A DNA stretch of 64,000 bases from the NCBI GenBank assembly GCA_964016885.1, contig OZ024742.1:89218001-89282000 (forward strand), read 5' to 3'. Below the pieces are notes generated by a model, which made no database searches, was not told where the DNA came from, and worked only from the letters and a program-made list of their open reading frames with translations. This DNA is from Eledone cirrhosa. Taxonomy: Eukaryota. Below are positions 38,780 to 50,620 of this stretch, piece after piece (within the stretch, counting starts at the first letter, position 1; every line of letters starts with the position of its first letter). Both the position numbers and the translations under genes were made by a program.

Positions 38780-40230
38780 TCCACGTATTATCTTGGAAAT
38801 TAACGACGAACGACGCACCATCACTTCAAACCTCAATATCCTAAACAAAACTGAATTTTTAAGCCCACAGGAATCGTATTTATATTTAAGGACCATAAAT
38901 CAGACTTCGATAGAAAACCAATTATCCGGCTCATCAACCCGACGACGACTGACATCTGGAGGATCCGTAAAAGAATCCTAGATAGGATCATACCGAAAGA
39001 GAAACAACAACCAAGGCTTCTGGACTAACACAGAAAAAGTTGTGCACTGGTTCTAAAGCATAGACGTGAAGCCCAACACTAATTTCTTACAATTCGACGT
39101 CCAAAACTGTTACGCCCACAGAAGACATCCTCTCCTGGAGGCTGCTATATAATATGTCTGGACAATTATACCAATCAAAGATCAGGACAACATCATCCTT
39201 ACACGATAATTCCACCTTAATAAAGAGGTCTCCAAATGCCCCTTTCGACGTTAGCATAGGAGAGACAGACTCAACGATACGAAAACACCTGATTCGATTC
39301 TCCCAGGATATCAGTTTTAACATAACAATATGAACATCCCATACATGTACCAACTTCTTCGGCGTAACCCTCAAATTGTAGAACCAACTATACTATCCAT
39401 TCCGGAAACCTAACGAAACTCCAAGGGCCATTACCAAATATCTGGTCAAAAACATATTCCTCCGAATCATACGCCTATCCACTTAGGAGAACATTTCTTT
39501 AGGAACACGGACTGCACTACAATGCCACCTTGAAGATTCAGTGAGGGACTTAGCTACTATCCCCATCACCACCAACCGAGGACCCGGCAGACGCCACAAC
39601 ACCCTGAGATTACCTTGTTTAATCATGACCACTAAGCCAAGGTTGCCACATCGCATTCTTCAAACTACTGAATAAACACTTCCCCCTGCACCAACTTTAC
39701 AACAAAATCTTCAACAAAAGCTCAGTCAAGCTATCGTTCAGCACAACACATTGCTTTCTCCAAAATAAACAGAATCAACTCTAGCAAAACACAGTCAGAC
39801 AAAGACGTTATACCAAACAGACAATAAAACAGCAACGCCCCCCCCCCCCCCCAAATTCCCACTCAACACCAAAAGCTATGAAAGAATTTGGTATATAAAT
39901 ATAACGTAATAACGGACAAATCTAACAATGCCTACATAATCGTAACTACTAAAATTTAATTCTTCCAGCACCAACAAAGTCTTAGAAACCCGGCCCTTAG
40001 AAACGCTACCACACTATCCCGACAGATATGGGACCTACGCGATAACAAGAAGACTTTCTAAGTGTAATGGAGTTTCTTAATGTAGGACAAGCCCGTACAT
40101 CGGGAGACAACTATCATGTAAACTCTTCTCTTAGGAAACTTTACAAACTTTGTTCCCCGAGGAACGACTGCACAACAAAGAAAGCGAACTCATCATTTCC
40201 TGCAAATACAGGATTTACAAGAGTTACCCA
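38780..40230 (+). mobile_element. Decayed Penelope-like element (RT + GIY-YIG)
   Basis: WTNTEKVVHWF..FLQFDVQN, KIFNKSSVKLSFS, NLVYKY..AYI, NATTLSRQIWDLRD, NKESELIISCKYR. Confidence 0.8.
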
Positions 40231-40694
40231 TGTCCCACACCCCACCGGCGCGATACACAGGCAACTAGCCACAGGAGTAAGCACTTGTGCCTACTTCCTG
40301 CTCGCTCGATCCGAGTCCAAAATCTCCACCACGTCCTTGGCACACCTACTAGCTATCTACCAAAGCGCGCCCAACATCATGCAGAACAAAATGAATATAT
40401 TCAAAGGTTATACAGGGCCCGCAGACAATACCCACAAAATGAAAACGGACGTGCAGGGTTTTGTCAAGGAGACATTATTTGCTCTTGTGCTCGAGGGTGC
40501 GTCGAAAGGCGATTAAGTAAGTGCGTGTGTAGCATGCTCGCGTAGATTTGCCTGATTTGGGGGTCTGCGAATGTGTGTATTGGATGTGCGGGTGTACTTG
40601 CGTGCGTGTGGGCTGGTAGCTTGGTGTATGTGGTGGGCCTAATTTTCGTGATACTGTGTTTGTGCATCCATCATTGGCTCAATGCTAACACAGC

Positions 40695-41331
40695 AACATC
40701 ACTACTAAGAAGAATACATAGATGTATGTACCACACTTAAGCAGAACGCACATGCACGTAGTGCTGTCACAACTCCCACCACATAAGCAGGGAGAAGGAC
40801 GCGACACCCATACAAAATAACCTCAACTACACACTTACACACACTAAAAGTAGTTACCTACACCCACGCTGCCACAACAACGAAAAAACTAACACACTCA
40901 CCAAAATAAAATAATAGGTCAGGAAAGTAAAGCGAGTGAGAAGGGAAAGAGATAATACTACAAAAAGAATTAAATGAAATTTCATATCTCACTTTTAGTA
41001 CGGCTGATACTTAACATCACTACTAAGAAGAATACATAGATGTATGTACCACACTTAAGCAGAACGCACATGCACGTAGTGCTGTCACAACTCCCACCAC
41101 ATAAGCAGGGGGAAGGACGCGACACCCATACAAAATAACCTCAACTACACACTTACACACACTAAAAGTAGTTACCTACACCCACGCTGCCACAACAACG
41201 AAAAAACTAACACACTCACCAAAATAAAATAATAGGTCAGGAAAGTAAAGCGAGTGAGAAAGGAAAGAGATAATACTACAAAAAGAATTAAATGAAATTT
41301 CATATCTCACTTTTAGTACGGCTGATACTTA
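40695..41331 (+). repeat. Tandem duplication of a 318-bp unit (Penelope pLTR-like sequence joined to the start of the hammerhead repeat family)
   Basis: AACATCACTACTAAGAAG at 40695 and 41013; the copies are almost identical. Confidence 0.93.
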
Positions 41332-41680
41332 AATATAAGTATGTATACGTACATACTTATATGTATACAGACGTACAGTAGAATGTATATATATACATAC
41401 ATGCACACATATATATATGTACGTATGGATTTACCGAACATATATTATAATGTTCGGTTTGTTTGTACTGCTTAATTCGGGCTGTTTGTTTACAAACAAA
41501 CCGAACATTATAATAAATGTTCGGTAAACTCATACGTACATATATATATGTGTGCATGTATGTATATATATATACATACTACTGTACATACTATATGTAT
41601 ACATATATGTATACATATATACTTATATTTAAGTATCAGCCGTACTAAGAGTGAGAAATGAAATTTCATTTCATTCATTT
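41290..41680. repeat. Fold-back made of partial copies of the 425-bp repeat unit (lacks the ribozyme)
   Basis: CTCACTTTTAGTACGGCTGATACTTAAATATAAG... vs ...CTTATATTTAAGTATCAGCCGTACTAAGAGTGAG. Confidence 0.88.
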
Positions 41681-41682
41681 CC

Positions 41683-41725
<43 letters not shown>

Positions 41726-41826
41726 AAATTTAAATTAAATTAAAGGTGTCATGTCAGAGAGACATGCACCATATCCACTGTGAAATATGCTCCAAGATTC
41801 CAATAAATAGATCCGAGAATTTTATA

Positions 41827-42007
41827 TCAACTAGAAATTGATTGACATATAAATATATCTAAAAAAAACATATGAAACAATCACAGGGGATAATCTGTAA
41901 AAGTGTGTAAGCATACATACACACTTTTACAGATTATCCCCTGTGATTGTTTCATATGTTTATTTTATATATATATATATATATATATGTCAATCAATTA
42001 CTAGTTG
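41827..42007. repeat. ~180-bp palindrome with a ~44-bp perfect inner stem
   Basis: AAACATATGAAACAATCACAGGGGATAATCTGTAAAAGTGTGTA-AGCATACA-TACACACTTTTACAGATTATCCCCTGTGATTGTTTCATATGTTT. Confidence 0.93.
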
Positions 42008-42207
42008 ACATATATATATATACATATATATATAAACGGAAAAAATGAAACGAAATATCATTTCTCACTCTTAGTACGGCTGTTACTTATATATAAGTAT
42101 GTATACGTACATACATATATGTATACAGACGTACCCACACATCCCGAATTAAGCCGTACAGTGTCTAGCAACCATTGTTGCTCATTTGTTCAACACTGAC
42201 AAAGGAA

Positions 42208-42248
42208 CGCTGTACTAGTTTCAAGCTTATTAGCTATCGTCAGCAACG
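42208..42248 (-). ncRNA. Minimal type I hammerhead ribozyme
   Basis: Reverse complement reads CGTTG CTGACGA TAGCTAATAAGCTT GAAA CTAGTA CAGCG. Confidence 0.8.
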
Positions 42249-42550
42249 TATACCTTCCTGGCAGATGATTGAACGTCTGAAAGTATATACTTTCCTTATG
42301 CATATTAACGGCTGAGCAGCCTAATTTGCATATCGAGTGAGTTAATCGGCCGGGGCACCGAAAATGATAAACGGAAAAATGTAACGAAATTTTATTTCTC
42401 ACTCTTAGTACGGCTGTTACTTAAATATAAGTATGTACACGTACATACATATATGTATACAGACGTACATATATATTTATATATGTATATATTTATATGC
42501 ACACATATATATATGTACGTATGGATTCAATCATCTGGCAGGAAGGTATA

Positions 42551-42591
42551 CGTTGCTGACGATAGCTAATAAGCTTGAAACTAGTACAGCG
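42551..42591 (+). ncRNA. Minimal type I hammerhead ribozyme (predicted cleavage after GTA, 42586)
   Basis: Stem I CGTTG/CAGCG, core CTGACGA, stem II AGCT-AATA-AGCT, GAAA, palindromic stem III CTAG, NUH = GTA. Confidence 0.82.
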
Positions 42592-42975
42592 TTCCTTTGT
42601 CAGTGTTGAAAAAATGAGCAACGATGGTTGCTAGACACTGTACGGCTTAATTTGGTATGTTTGTTTACAAACACACCGAGCATTATAATAAATGTTCGGT
42701 GAATCCATACGTACATATATATATGTGTGCATGTATGTATATATACATACTACTGTACGTCTGTATACATATATGTATGTACGTATACATACTTATATTT
42801 AAGTAACAGCCGTACTAAGAGTGAGAAATGAAATTTCATTTCATTTTTTCCGTTTATCGTTTTCGGTGCCCCGGCCGATTAACTTACTCGATATGCAAAT
42901 TAGACTGCTCAGCCGTTAATATGCATAAGGAAAGTATATACTTTCAGACGTTCAATTATCTGGCAGGAAGGTATA

Positions 42976-43016
42976 CGTTGCTGACGATAGCTAATAAGCT
43001 TGAAACTAGTACAGCG
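42976..43016 (+). ncRNA. Minimal type I hammerhead ribozyme (predicted cleavage after 43011)
   Basis: Identical to 42551-42591. Confidence 0.82.
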
Positions 43017-43386
43017 TTCCTTTGTCAGTGTTGAACAAATGAGCAACGATGGTTGCTAGACACTGTACGGCTTAATTCGGGATGTTTGTCTACAAAAACA
43101 CCGAGCATTATAATAAATGTTCGGTGAGTCCATACGTACATATATATATGTCTGCATGTATGTATATATATATACATACTACTGTACGTCTGTATACATA
43201 TATGTATGTACGTATACATACTTATATATATATATATATATTGAGTATATGTTGGTTGTATACCAACACCTCAGTATGCAGATTGGAACACTCGACGAAG
43301 TGCGCAGGTTAGTTTGGTTACTCCAGAGTAATGTAAAATAAAATAAAATCAATAAGTCAAATGTTTAAAATTTAGCTTCGTTTATT

Positions 43387-43441
43387 ACCGCTATATATAT
43401 TTCGGTGACCGCCATCTTTGGCTGTGACCTCTTCAGGCAGT
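43387..43441 (-). ncRNA. Type I hammerhead ribozyme
   Basis: Reverse complement reads ACTGC CTGAAGA GGTCACAGCCA-AAGA-TGGCGGTCACC GAAA TATATATA GCGGT. Confidence 0.82.
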
Positions 43442-44814
43442 CCAAATTAGTGTGGTATAGACAAGTACATATGTTGTTGGGGTGTATAACTTTGTCAATA
43501 CTCTGATATCCCCAGTTCCTGGTTGGGTTGTTATTTCACTGAGGAACTGGAATCATATGAATTCAAACAAACGAATTTCAGTGTCAAAGGGCCTCTTCTC
43601 CTCTCATTGGTCAGTTGTTAGAACATTCCTCATTCAAAAGTCTATAGAAAATCGTTCTGAGGCAAGCCAATCTGTAGTTGTTGTTCTTGTTATTGTTAAG
43701 TACATCTGACCTCAATTATTGTGTTGGTAGTATTGTTATTGTTGGAGTTAGCTAAAAAAATTGATAAAGTGGTAGAAGGAATAAGATGGTAAAGGAACAA
43801 AATAACAAAAAAATGTCAAACTTCCCATTGGTCAGTTTTGAGAGCATTCCTCAGTCAGAAGTCTATAGAAATTCTTTCTGGGGTGAGGCGCACTGTAGTG
43901 TTTGTGTTTGCTATTGTTAAGTACATCTGACCTCTACCCTTATTTTGGTAGTGTTGTTGGTGTTGTGGTCACCTTATGTCTTGCTGCTGCTGACAATTTA
44001 GAAGTATCTGTGTGTGTGTTTTTTCATCCCTCCTGCCACCATCTCCCGTGGTGGTGATGGGTGGGGGTGGGTTCTTCCATGTATATGAAGAAATATAAGG
44101 CAATAAAATGAAGCAAACAGAAAATAAATAATAAATAGAGAATAAAGAATAAATGAAAAATTAATGAAAAAGTAATGAAAATGAATATGGAGAAGTGTAA
44201 AATAAAATGAAGATTCAAATAAAGTAAGATAAAGTGTGTGTGTGCTATAACCAATCTCAAGGTCAGAAATATGTTGGATAGGTTGCTTTGAGGAACAACA
44301 TGGTAAACGAATAAAAGAATAAGATAATCAAATAAAATGTGTTTGTGTTATAACCAATCTCAACTTAAAAATAAATATAAGGTGATAAAGTGAAGAAAAC
44401 AGAAAACAAATAACAAATTAATAAAGAGAAATCAAGATTGAAATATTGAAAAATTGAAAAATCAGAAATCAAGTAAATTAAAATGTGTTTGTGTTATAAA
44501 GATGTTGGCCAAATTATAATGGCTGTGTCCGAATCAATATCTAGGCTATCATGGTGTCTGCTCAGCCTGGGTTGGTCCCTATGGCTTGAGGGGAGTTCTC
44601 AACCTAGGGAGTTGACTTTAGAATGAGGAATGTTCTAACAACTGACCAATGAGAGGAGAAGAGGCTCTTTGACACTGAAATTCGTTTGTTTGAATTCATA
44701 TGATTCCAGTTCCTCAGTGAAATAACAACCCAACCAGGAACTGGGGATAACAGTGTATTGACAAAGTTATACACCTCAACAACATATGTACTTGTCTATA
44801 CCACACTAATTCGG

Positions 44815-44869
44815 ACTGCCTGAAGAGGTCACAGTCAAAGATGGCTGTCACCGAAATATATATAGCAGT
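44815..44869 (+). ncRNA. Type I hammerhead ribozyme (predicted cleavage after ATA, 44864), followed directly by AATAAA
   Basis: ACTGC CTGAAGA GGTCACAGTCA-AAGA-TGGCTGTCACC GAAA TATATATA GCAGT. Confidence 0.85.
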
Positions 44870-44975
44870 AATAAATGAAGCTAAATTTTAAACATTTGAC
44901 TAATTTATTTTATTTTATTTTATATATATATATATATATATCACATGTAGACATTTATAAATATATATATATATA

Positions 44976-45620
44976 TACTAACAGTGTATCCCGGCGTTGC
45001 ACGGGTAAGAACATTGGTAATAACACCTTCAATGAGAAACGTTTATTTGTGTGTGCCTGTTAAAAACTCACCAAAATATACTGACAAGAAACTTGTTTTA
45101 TTTGGAGAAAATTAAGAAGTTGAAAGTACAGTTTAGCTGTCTACGTGCATTGTTCATAGAAATATTGTTGAGCCCCTTTTTTTCCTAGTCCTCTGTTTTG
45201 GCCTTTTGGAGTAAATATGAAAGACAACGTCACAGGTTAAGTTAGCAGAAGTTTCCAGTGTCATAGCAGTAAGGCGTAGGCTACTTACCTCAAAAGTTCA
45301 TTCGCACTCTTTCCACTAAGTTACTCTTTCTCTCTATCCCTCTCGGTGGAGTCCCTTGCGAATTTCTCGCGTAAGCCTGGTGTAGATTTGCACCCGATCC
45401 ATCCGCCCGATGCACATGTCCGCTGTGTACGGCTTTTGGAGGAAGGAGTGACCAGCAGTACGTTGTTCGGTATTTTTACGAAAAGGTGTACAGAGAATCC
45501 AGCGTGAACTAACAGCTCGAGAGGAAACTGCTTACCACGAAGATTCATTCGCCATCGTTCTTGTCAACGCTCCGTTTACTTGGTATTTGTTGGTCTAAAG
45601 CTAGATGAATGGCGCACAAA
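44976..45620 (-). mobile_element. Non-autonomous Helitron remnant
   Basis: Minus-strand 3' end ACCCGTGCAACGCCGGGATACACTGTTAG|T, plus a deleted helicase tail (LRGKQFPL..PNNVLLV). Confidence 0.65.
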
Positions 45621-45689
45621 GGGTTAATGTTTATTGGCAAGAAGTTTTTTGAATAATAAAAGACGGGTTAAAGCGACCTACAATGCATC

Positions 45690-45751
<62 letters not shown>

Positions 45752-45760
45752 TATAGACAC

Positions 45761-45801
<41 letters not shown>

Positions 45802-45901
45802 GGAGGTGAGTTTTATTGTAGTACAATAAAGCAATGCAGATATCGGATAAGAAGCACTCTACAGTTTGTGGGACTGGAGTATGCATAATATAGGGTTATA
45901 T

Positions 45902-45939
<38 letters not shown>

Positions 45940-46025
45940 TTAGCAATTGGAATAGATAGTATTAGCAATTGGAAAGACCAACGGAAACATTGTTTCCTCG
46001 GTCTGATTTGACGAAAGTCGATCGT

Positions 46026-46073
<48 letters not shown>

Positions 46074-46338
46074 TCACTGCGGCCCTTCTATCGGTCGCTG
46101 TCTTCAATTTGCAAAGCTGTCTAAACGTAATGTTATAACTCTAGGGTTATATACCCTATCGAGTGCTTAACTGCACACCGAAACTGCATCCGTTAGCTTG
46201 GCTGCAACCATGGCTTCGTTGATGCTGTACTAAATTTTGTATATATATATGTATACGTGTATATGTGTGTGTGTATATGTATATATGTGTATATATATAT
46301 ATATATGCATATATGTATGTGTGTGTATGTATGTGTGT

Positions 46339-46447
<109 letters not shown>

Positions 46448-46733
46448 TAGCGAAGATAATATGTCAGCAATGACTTGTTCGTCAGAATGTCGTTATGCAG
46501 ACAGCTAGACATACAGACAGATATGATAAGGGCTTAACGGAGATCGATAACCGGCGCCTAACACCTCTTTAACAACAGAAAATTGAAACATAAAAGCTGC
46601 AATTAGTATCTTTAGACCGCAAGGAATATATAAATGCAAGTTTGAAGTCAATCGGAGTAGAAATGTGGATTTGTATAGACTTTGAAAAAATGAGGACACA
46701 CAGACAACAACAGTTTTATATATAGAGATATAT

Positions 46734-46765
<32 letters not shown>

Positions 46766-47769
46766 CTGTGTAAGTGACTGTGTGTGTTTGTGTGTTTGTG
46801 TGTATGTGAGTCAGAGTGTGTGTGTGTGTGTGTGTATGTGTACGTATGTTTATGAGTGTATACATATATACACATATTCGCATATGCACATATATAATGA
46901 GATTTACATTAAATTGAACAGAAATATAATTAGTATTTTTTGTTGTTGTTCTTTTTCTAATTAGATTTCCCTCTGATGAGAATATAAAGACTCATCTATG
47001 ACTCTGGACACCGAAAATCATAAGACATTACCTTTCTGCCTTTTGAATCAGAAGTTAACTACGCCCAATGATTCTGTATAGAGTTGAGGGTTAGATGAGG
47101 CATCTAACAGGTGAAGCTATCAAATTAGCTAATTGGTTGTTTTTGTTGTGGTGATGTAATATGTATGAATGTTTATAACTACGCTACTTGGTTTCGTAAT
47201 TTCACATTACTTTAGGGCTCATTTTAAAGTTGATATTTAGCTCCGGTGATCAGTTTTGAAGGTTCTTCTTCCAGACTAAACCAAGGAAAAATTGTCACTG
47301 CTGACCGACCAGAACATTATGCAGTTCGACTCTTCACTCTCACACCGCTAGTTCGCGTTACAAAGTTCTTCAAACAAAGGGAGGTGCGGGTCAGGTTATT
47401 TTTTCATATATGAGTGAAGTTTGGTTGGTTGATTAAGTCACGTGAATAAGCACATCAGCTTTCGTGTCAGTTTGTTTGAATTTCTTTTTACTTAAAAAAA
47501 GGGACTCACGAAGGCTTTTTAAAAAAAAATGTAATTTGATTGGTTATATATGAAATTATGACTGTCACGTGAACATGTTCATAAAATTTCGCGCCCGTAC
47601 GTGGGAATTTATTTTGTAGCCTTTTAGAGAATTTTGTGTTCAAACAAAGGATAATGGTCAAGAGAAATGGGATGGGGAGATTTGTTCTGGTTCAGTGAAT
47701 ATGGCTGGTTCGCTGGGTTGTCAGAATTCAGACTTTCTATTGAAATAAAGAAAGTAGAAATATGTATGT

Positions 47770-48320
47770 TTATTTGTGTGTGTGTGTGAATAGGTATTAT
47801 GTGTGTGTGTGTGGGAGTATGGGTAGCATGTTAAGATGGAGAGAGTATATAAATTGTGTGTGTGTGTGTGGGGGGGGGGGTGTTATGTGTGTGTGTGTGT
47901 GTGTGTGTGTTTGGGAGTATGGTTAGCATTTTAAGATGGAGAGACTATAGATATTTTGTGTGTGTGTAGGAAAGTGATTCTATTAGTAGAAATGGGGTGA
48001 GAGTTGTGTGTGTGTGTGGGTGTTATGTGTGTGTATGGGTGTTATGTGTGTGTATGTGTGTGTGGGAGTATGGTTAGCATGTTAAGATGGAGAGAATATA
48101 CATTTTTTTGTGTGTGTGTGTAGGAAAATGATTCCGTTAGTAGAAATGGGGGTAGGAGTTATGTGTGTGTGGGGTGTGTGGTTAGCATGTTAAGGTGTTA
48201 GAGTATTAACGTATGTTAAGGTTTATTTAGTTCTGGTTTTTATTTTCTAAAGTAGCAGGTGTTATGTGTGTGTGTATGGGTCTGTTTGGATGGTTAGCAT
48301 GTTATGGTGTTGACATAATG
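47770..48320. repeat. Degenerate minisatellite (TGTTATGTGTG..GGGAGTATGGTTAGCATGTTAAGATGGAGAG) downstream of a Penelope ORF
   Basis: Five or more imperfect copies. Confidence 0.8.
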
Positions 48321-48329
48321 TATATTAAA

Positions 48330-49190
48330 CTATATTTAATGCTGGTCTATATTTTTGAATAAACATATTTTCCTTATTTATTCGTATTTGTTCTGTTGTA
48401 CAAAGGTAAAATGAGAAGACGTGGAATCTGGGTGTCTTATTACTTGCGCATATGTCTAGATGGTTGGATTTCGTAATTGTTGGCGATAAACTGTCATTCT
48501 GTTTCTGAATGTGAGCTTAGTTTGTCTTATATAATCTTCATTGCATCCTTTACATTTAATGGCATAAAGTAGATTTTTTGACGAGCAAGTGAAGTGATTT
48601 TTTACAGCAAAATTTTGTCCTGATTGAAATGTATACGTGTTGCCTTCAATGAGGTGAGTGCAGGTTCCACAATTAGAACGACCACATTTTTTGACAGTTG
48701 GTTGTAGGTAATTTGACATTGGTGAGTAATGTTTTTAGTGATTTCGGTTGTATTTTGCTTTTGATTATTTTGTGTGTTTCAAGGGCTTTTTTTATTCTTG
48801 GGTCTTGTTTCAATAATGGGATGTTCTTGTGAATAGTGTTGTAAGATTCCGCATTTGTTGGGTTATGTGTTGAGATATATGATAGAATATTGGACGTACC
48901 TTGAATTTGTTTCTGTTTTCGTAATTCATCAATGCTTATTGCTTTAGCCATTTTTATTCCATTATGTATTAGTAATGGTGAGTACTGTCTTTCGAGTAGA
49001 ATTTCCTTTAATTCTTGAAGTCTTTTATTTCGCGTTTCATAATTGGAGACAATTGTGCAAATTCTTCTTGCTAGGTTAAAAGGAATGTACGTTTTCGTGT
49101 GCTTTGGAAGGTTGGAGGTGAATAGCAGGTATTGTTTGGAATCTGTTGGTTTGTAGTGTATGTCAGTTTCAATATTTATGTCTTTTTTAT
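48330..49190 (-). mobile_element. Penelope-like element fragment (RT C-terminus + GIY-YIG)
   Basis: IETDIHYKPTDSKQYL..IPFNLARRICTIVS; KCGRSNCGTCTHL..FTCSSKNLLYAIKCKGCNEDYIRQTK..RNRMTVYRQQ. Confidence 0.88.
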
Positions 49191-49214
49191 AAGATTAAAA
49201 AAAGAATAAAAACA

Positions 49215-50620
49215 GACAAGAATTCCCGATGTCCGAACTACGTCGCCTATCCAGTCATTAATCAAGATCCATGACCATAGGAAGGGTTAAGCACGAACAC
49301 AGAATTGAAGATAGCAAGTGTGGCTTTTTCACGTACCTCGTGTACCTTCTGATGACCACGTGCAGAAGATGGCGCATTATTGCAACAGCTCCTGCAATTC
49401 TTGCATTAAATTCAGCCTCCAGTCATCTATCAATCGTGAAAATGGGTCCGAGATACTTGAACGAATCCACCTACTTCAGTGTAACTCCATTCCCATGCTT
49501 AACATACTACGCAGATTTATTCATTTCTGCCCGAGAGCAATCGACTGCAAGCCTATCCTGTGCATATTGGAGAGTACCTTCCGACGAGATATTTAACAGC
49601 AAGTGGTCTGCAATATCAGCCGACTGATCCTACACTCACCGGTTTTGATATCACATCCAGCCCAGCTGCACATGTCAATCATGTTCATAAAGATTATGAA
49701 CATGTGAGGTGATAATACGCACGCTTAATAGAGTCCGACTTCCACATTGAATGGATTCGACTAATCTCCATTTATCAGAACACAAATAATAGGGCATTTG
49801 CATGAAATTCAAGGCAACACGCTGTTCTCAAATGAATACTCTTTTTAGAAACTTTAACAACACATTCCGTGGAAGTCTAACCATTAACATTTCGAGGTCC
49901 ATACATTTCTAGGCAACATTCCTACGATTCCTCGAAGACCTACTGCAGTGTAAATATTTAGTCGGCTGGCTATGCTATGTCTGCAGTGAAGGCCTCACTG
50001 TTCGCCAGCTAATTTGAACTCAACAATACTCCTTTATCTATTTGCCAGCCATTTAGCATAGACTTTACATGAGCAGCTTAACAAGGAGATTCCTCTTTAA
50101 TTAGAGCAATCCCTTTTTTATTCACCCTTTTTGAAAATTGGAATTATCACTCCCGACAGCAATGCTTTGGTACCTATTAAGATATCCAGGATACCCCGAA
50201 GAAACGAGTCACTCAGAACACACCTTCTCTATTTAAGATTTTTAACATCTCGGACTGAATTTTATCGCCCCCAGAGGACATGCCACATTTAAGTTCTTTA
50301 ATTGCTCTACTGACTTCAACCATCGTCATGCACCACATATACATCAGAAGATGTTTAGCGGGCCAAACTTAGAAGTTCAACAAACTATTCTCTCTAACTC
50401 GTGAGGGTACACCTCTCTTCAGGGAGCAGAGCCCCATGCAAGTTCCTGATGGCAGATGTGGAGGGGGATGTCTAAATATGAAGTCGGTGTATTGTCTGCC
50501 AGAATATTTCATTTAGTAATATAAAGTAGGATTCCAGCTTAACACCAGGGTCCTCCTTAACTACTTAGCCTTGAATGCCTTTACTATCACTGTTCCGACC
50601 TTTCTTAAGTTTCGGAGTGC
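49215..50620 (-). mobile_element. RTE-clade LINE fragment, decayed
   Basis: Minus-strand remnants ADHLLL, VDSFKYLG, LTLPMVMDL / YGHGS*LMT; homologous to 56000-57020. Confidence 0.7.

Larger units (their letters stand above)
42030..43230. repeat. Array of a ~425-bp unit (about 1.3 units minus, then about 1.7 units plus), carrying hammerhead ribozymes; retrozyme/pLTR-like
   Basis: Identical blocks at 42551 and 42976 (period 425), an inverted copy at 42208-42248, and an inversion junction near 42527. Confidence 0.9.
43335..44922. mobile_element. 1.6-kb non-coding element with ~305-bp terminal inverted repeats, each containing a hammerhead
   Basis: 43335-43642 is the reverse complement of 44612-44922, with a few substitutions. 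Confidence 0.85.

Noticed and set aside
46970-47020. CTGATGAG motif (also at ~35325-35335 and ~37920 on the minus strand)
   Set aside because: No correctly placed GAAA together with a closing stem I.
47185-47218. Hammerhead-like motif on the minus strand (GTAAT-GTGAA-ATTAC GAAA)
   Set aside because: The CTGANGA core is broken (CTAAA) and stem I does not pair; at most a dead pLTR ribozyme.
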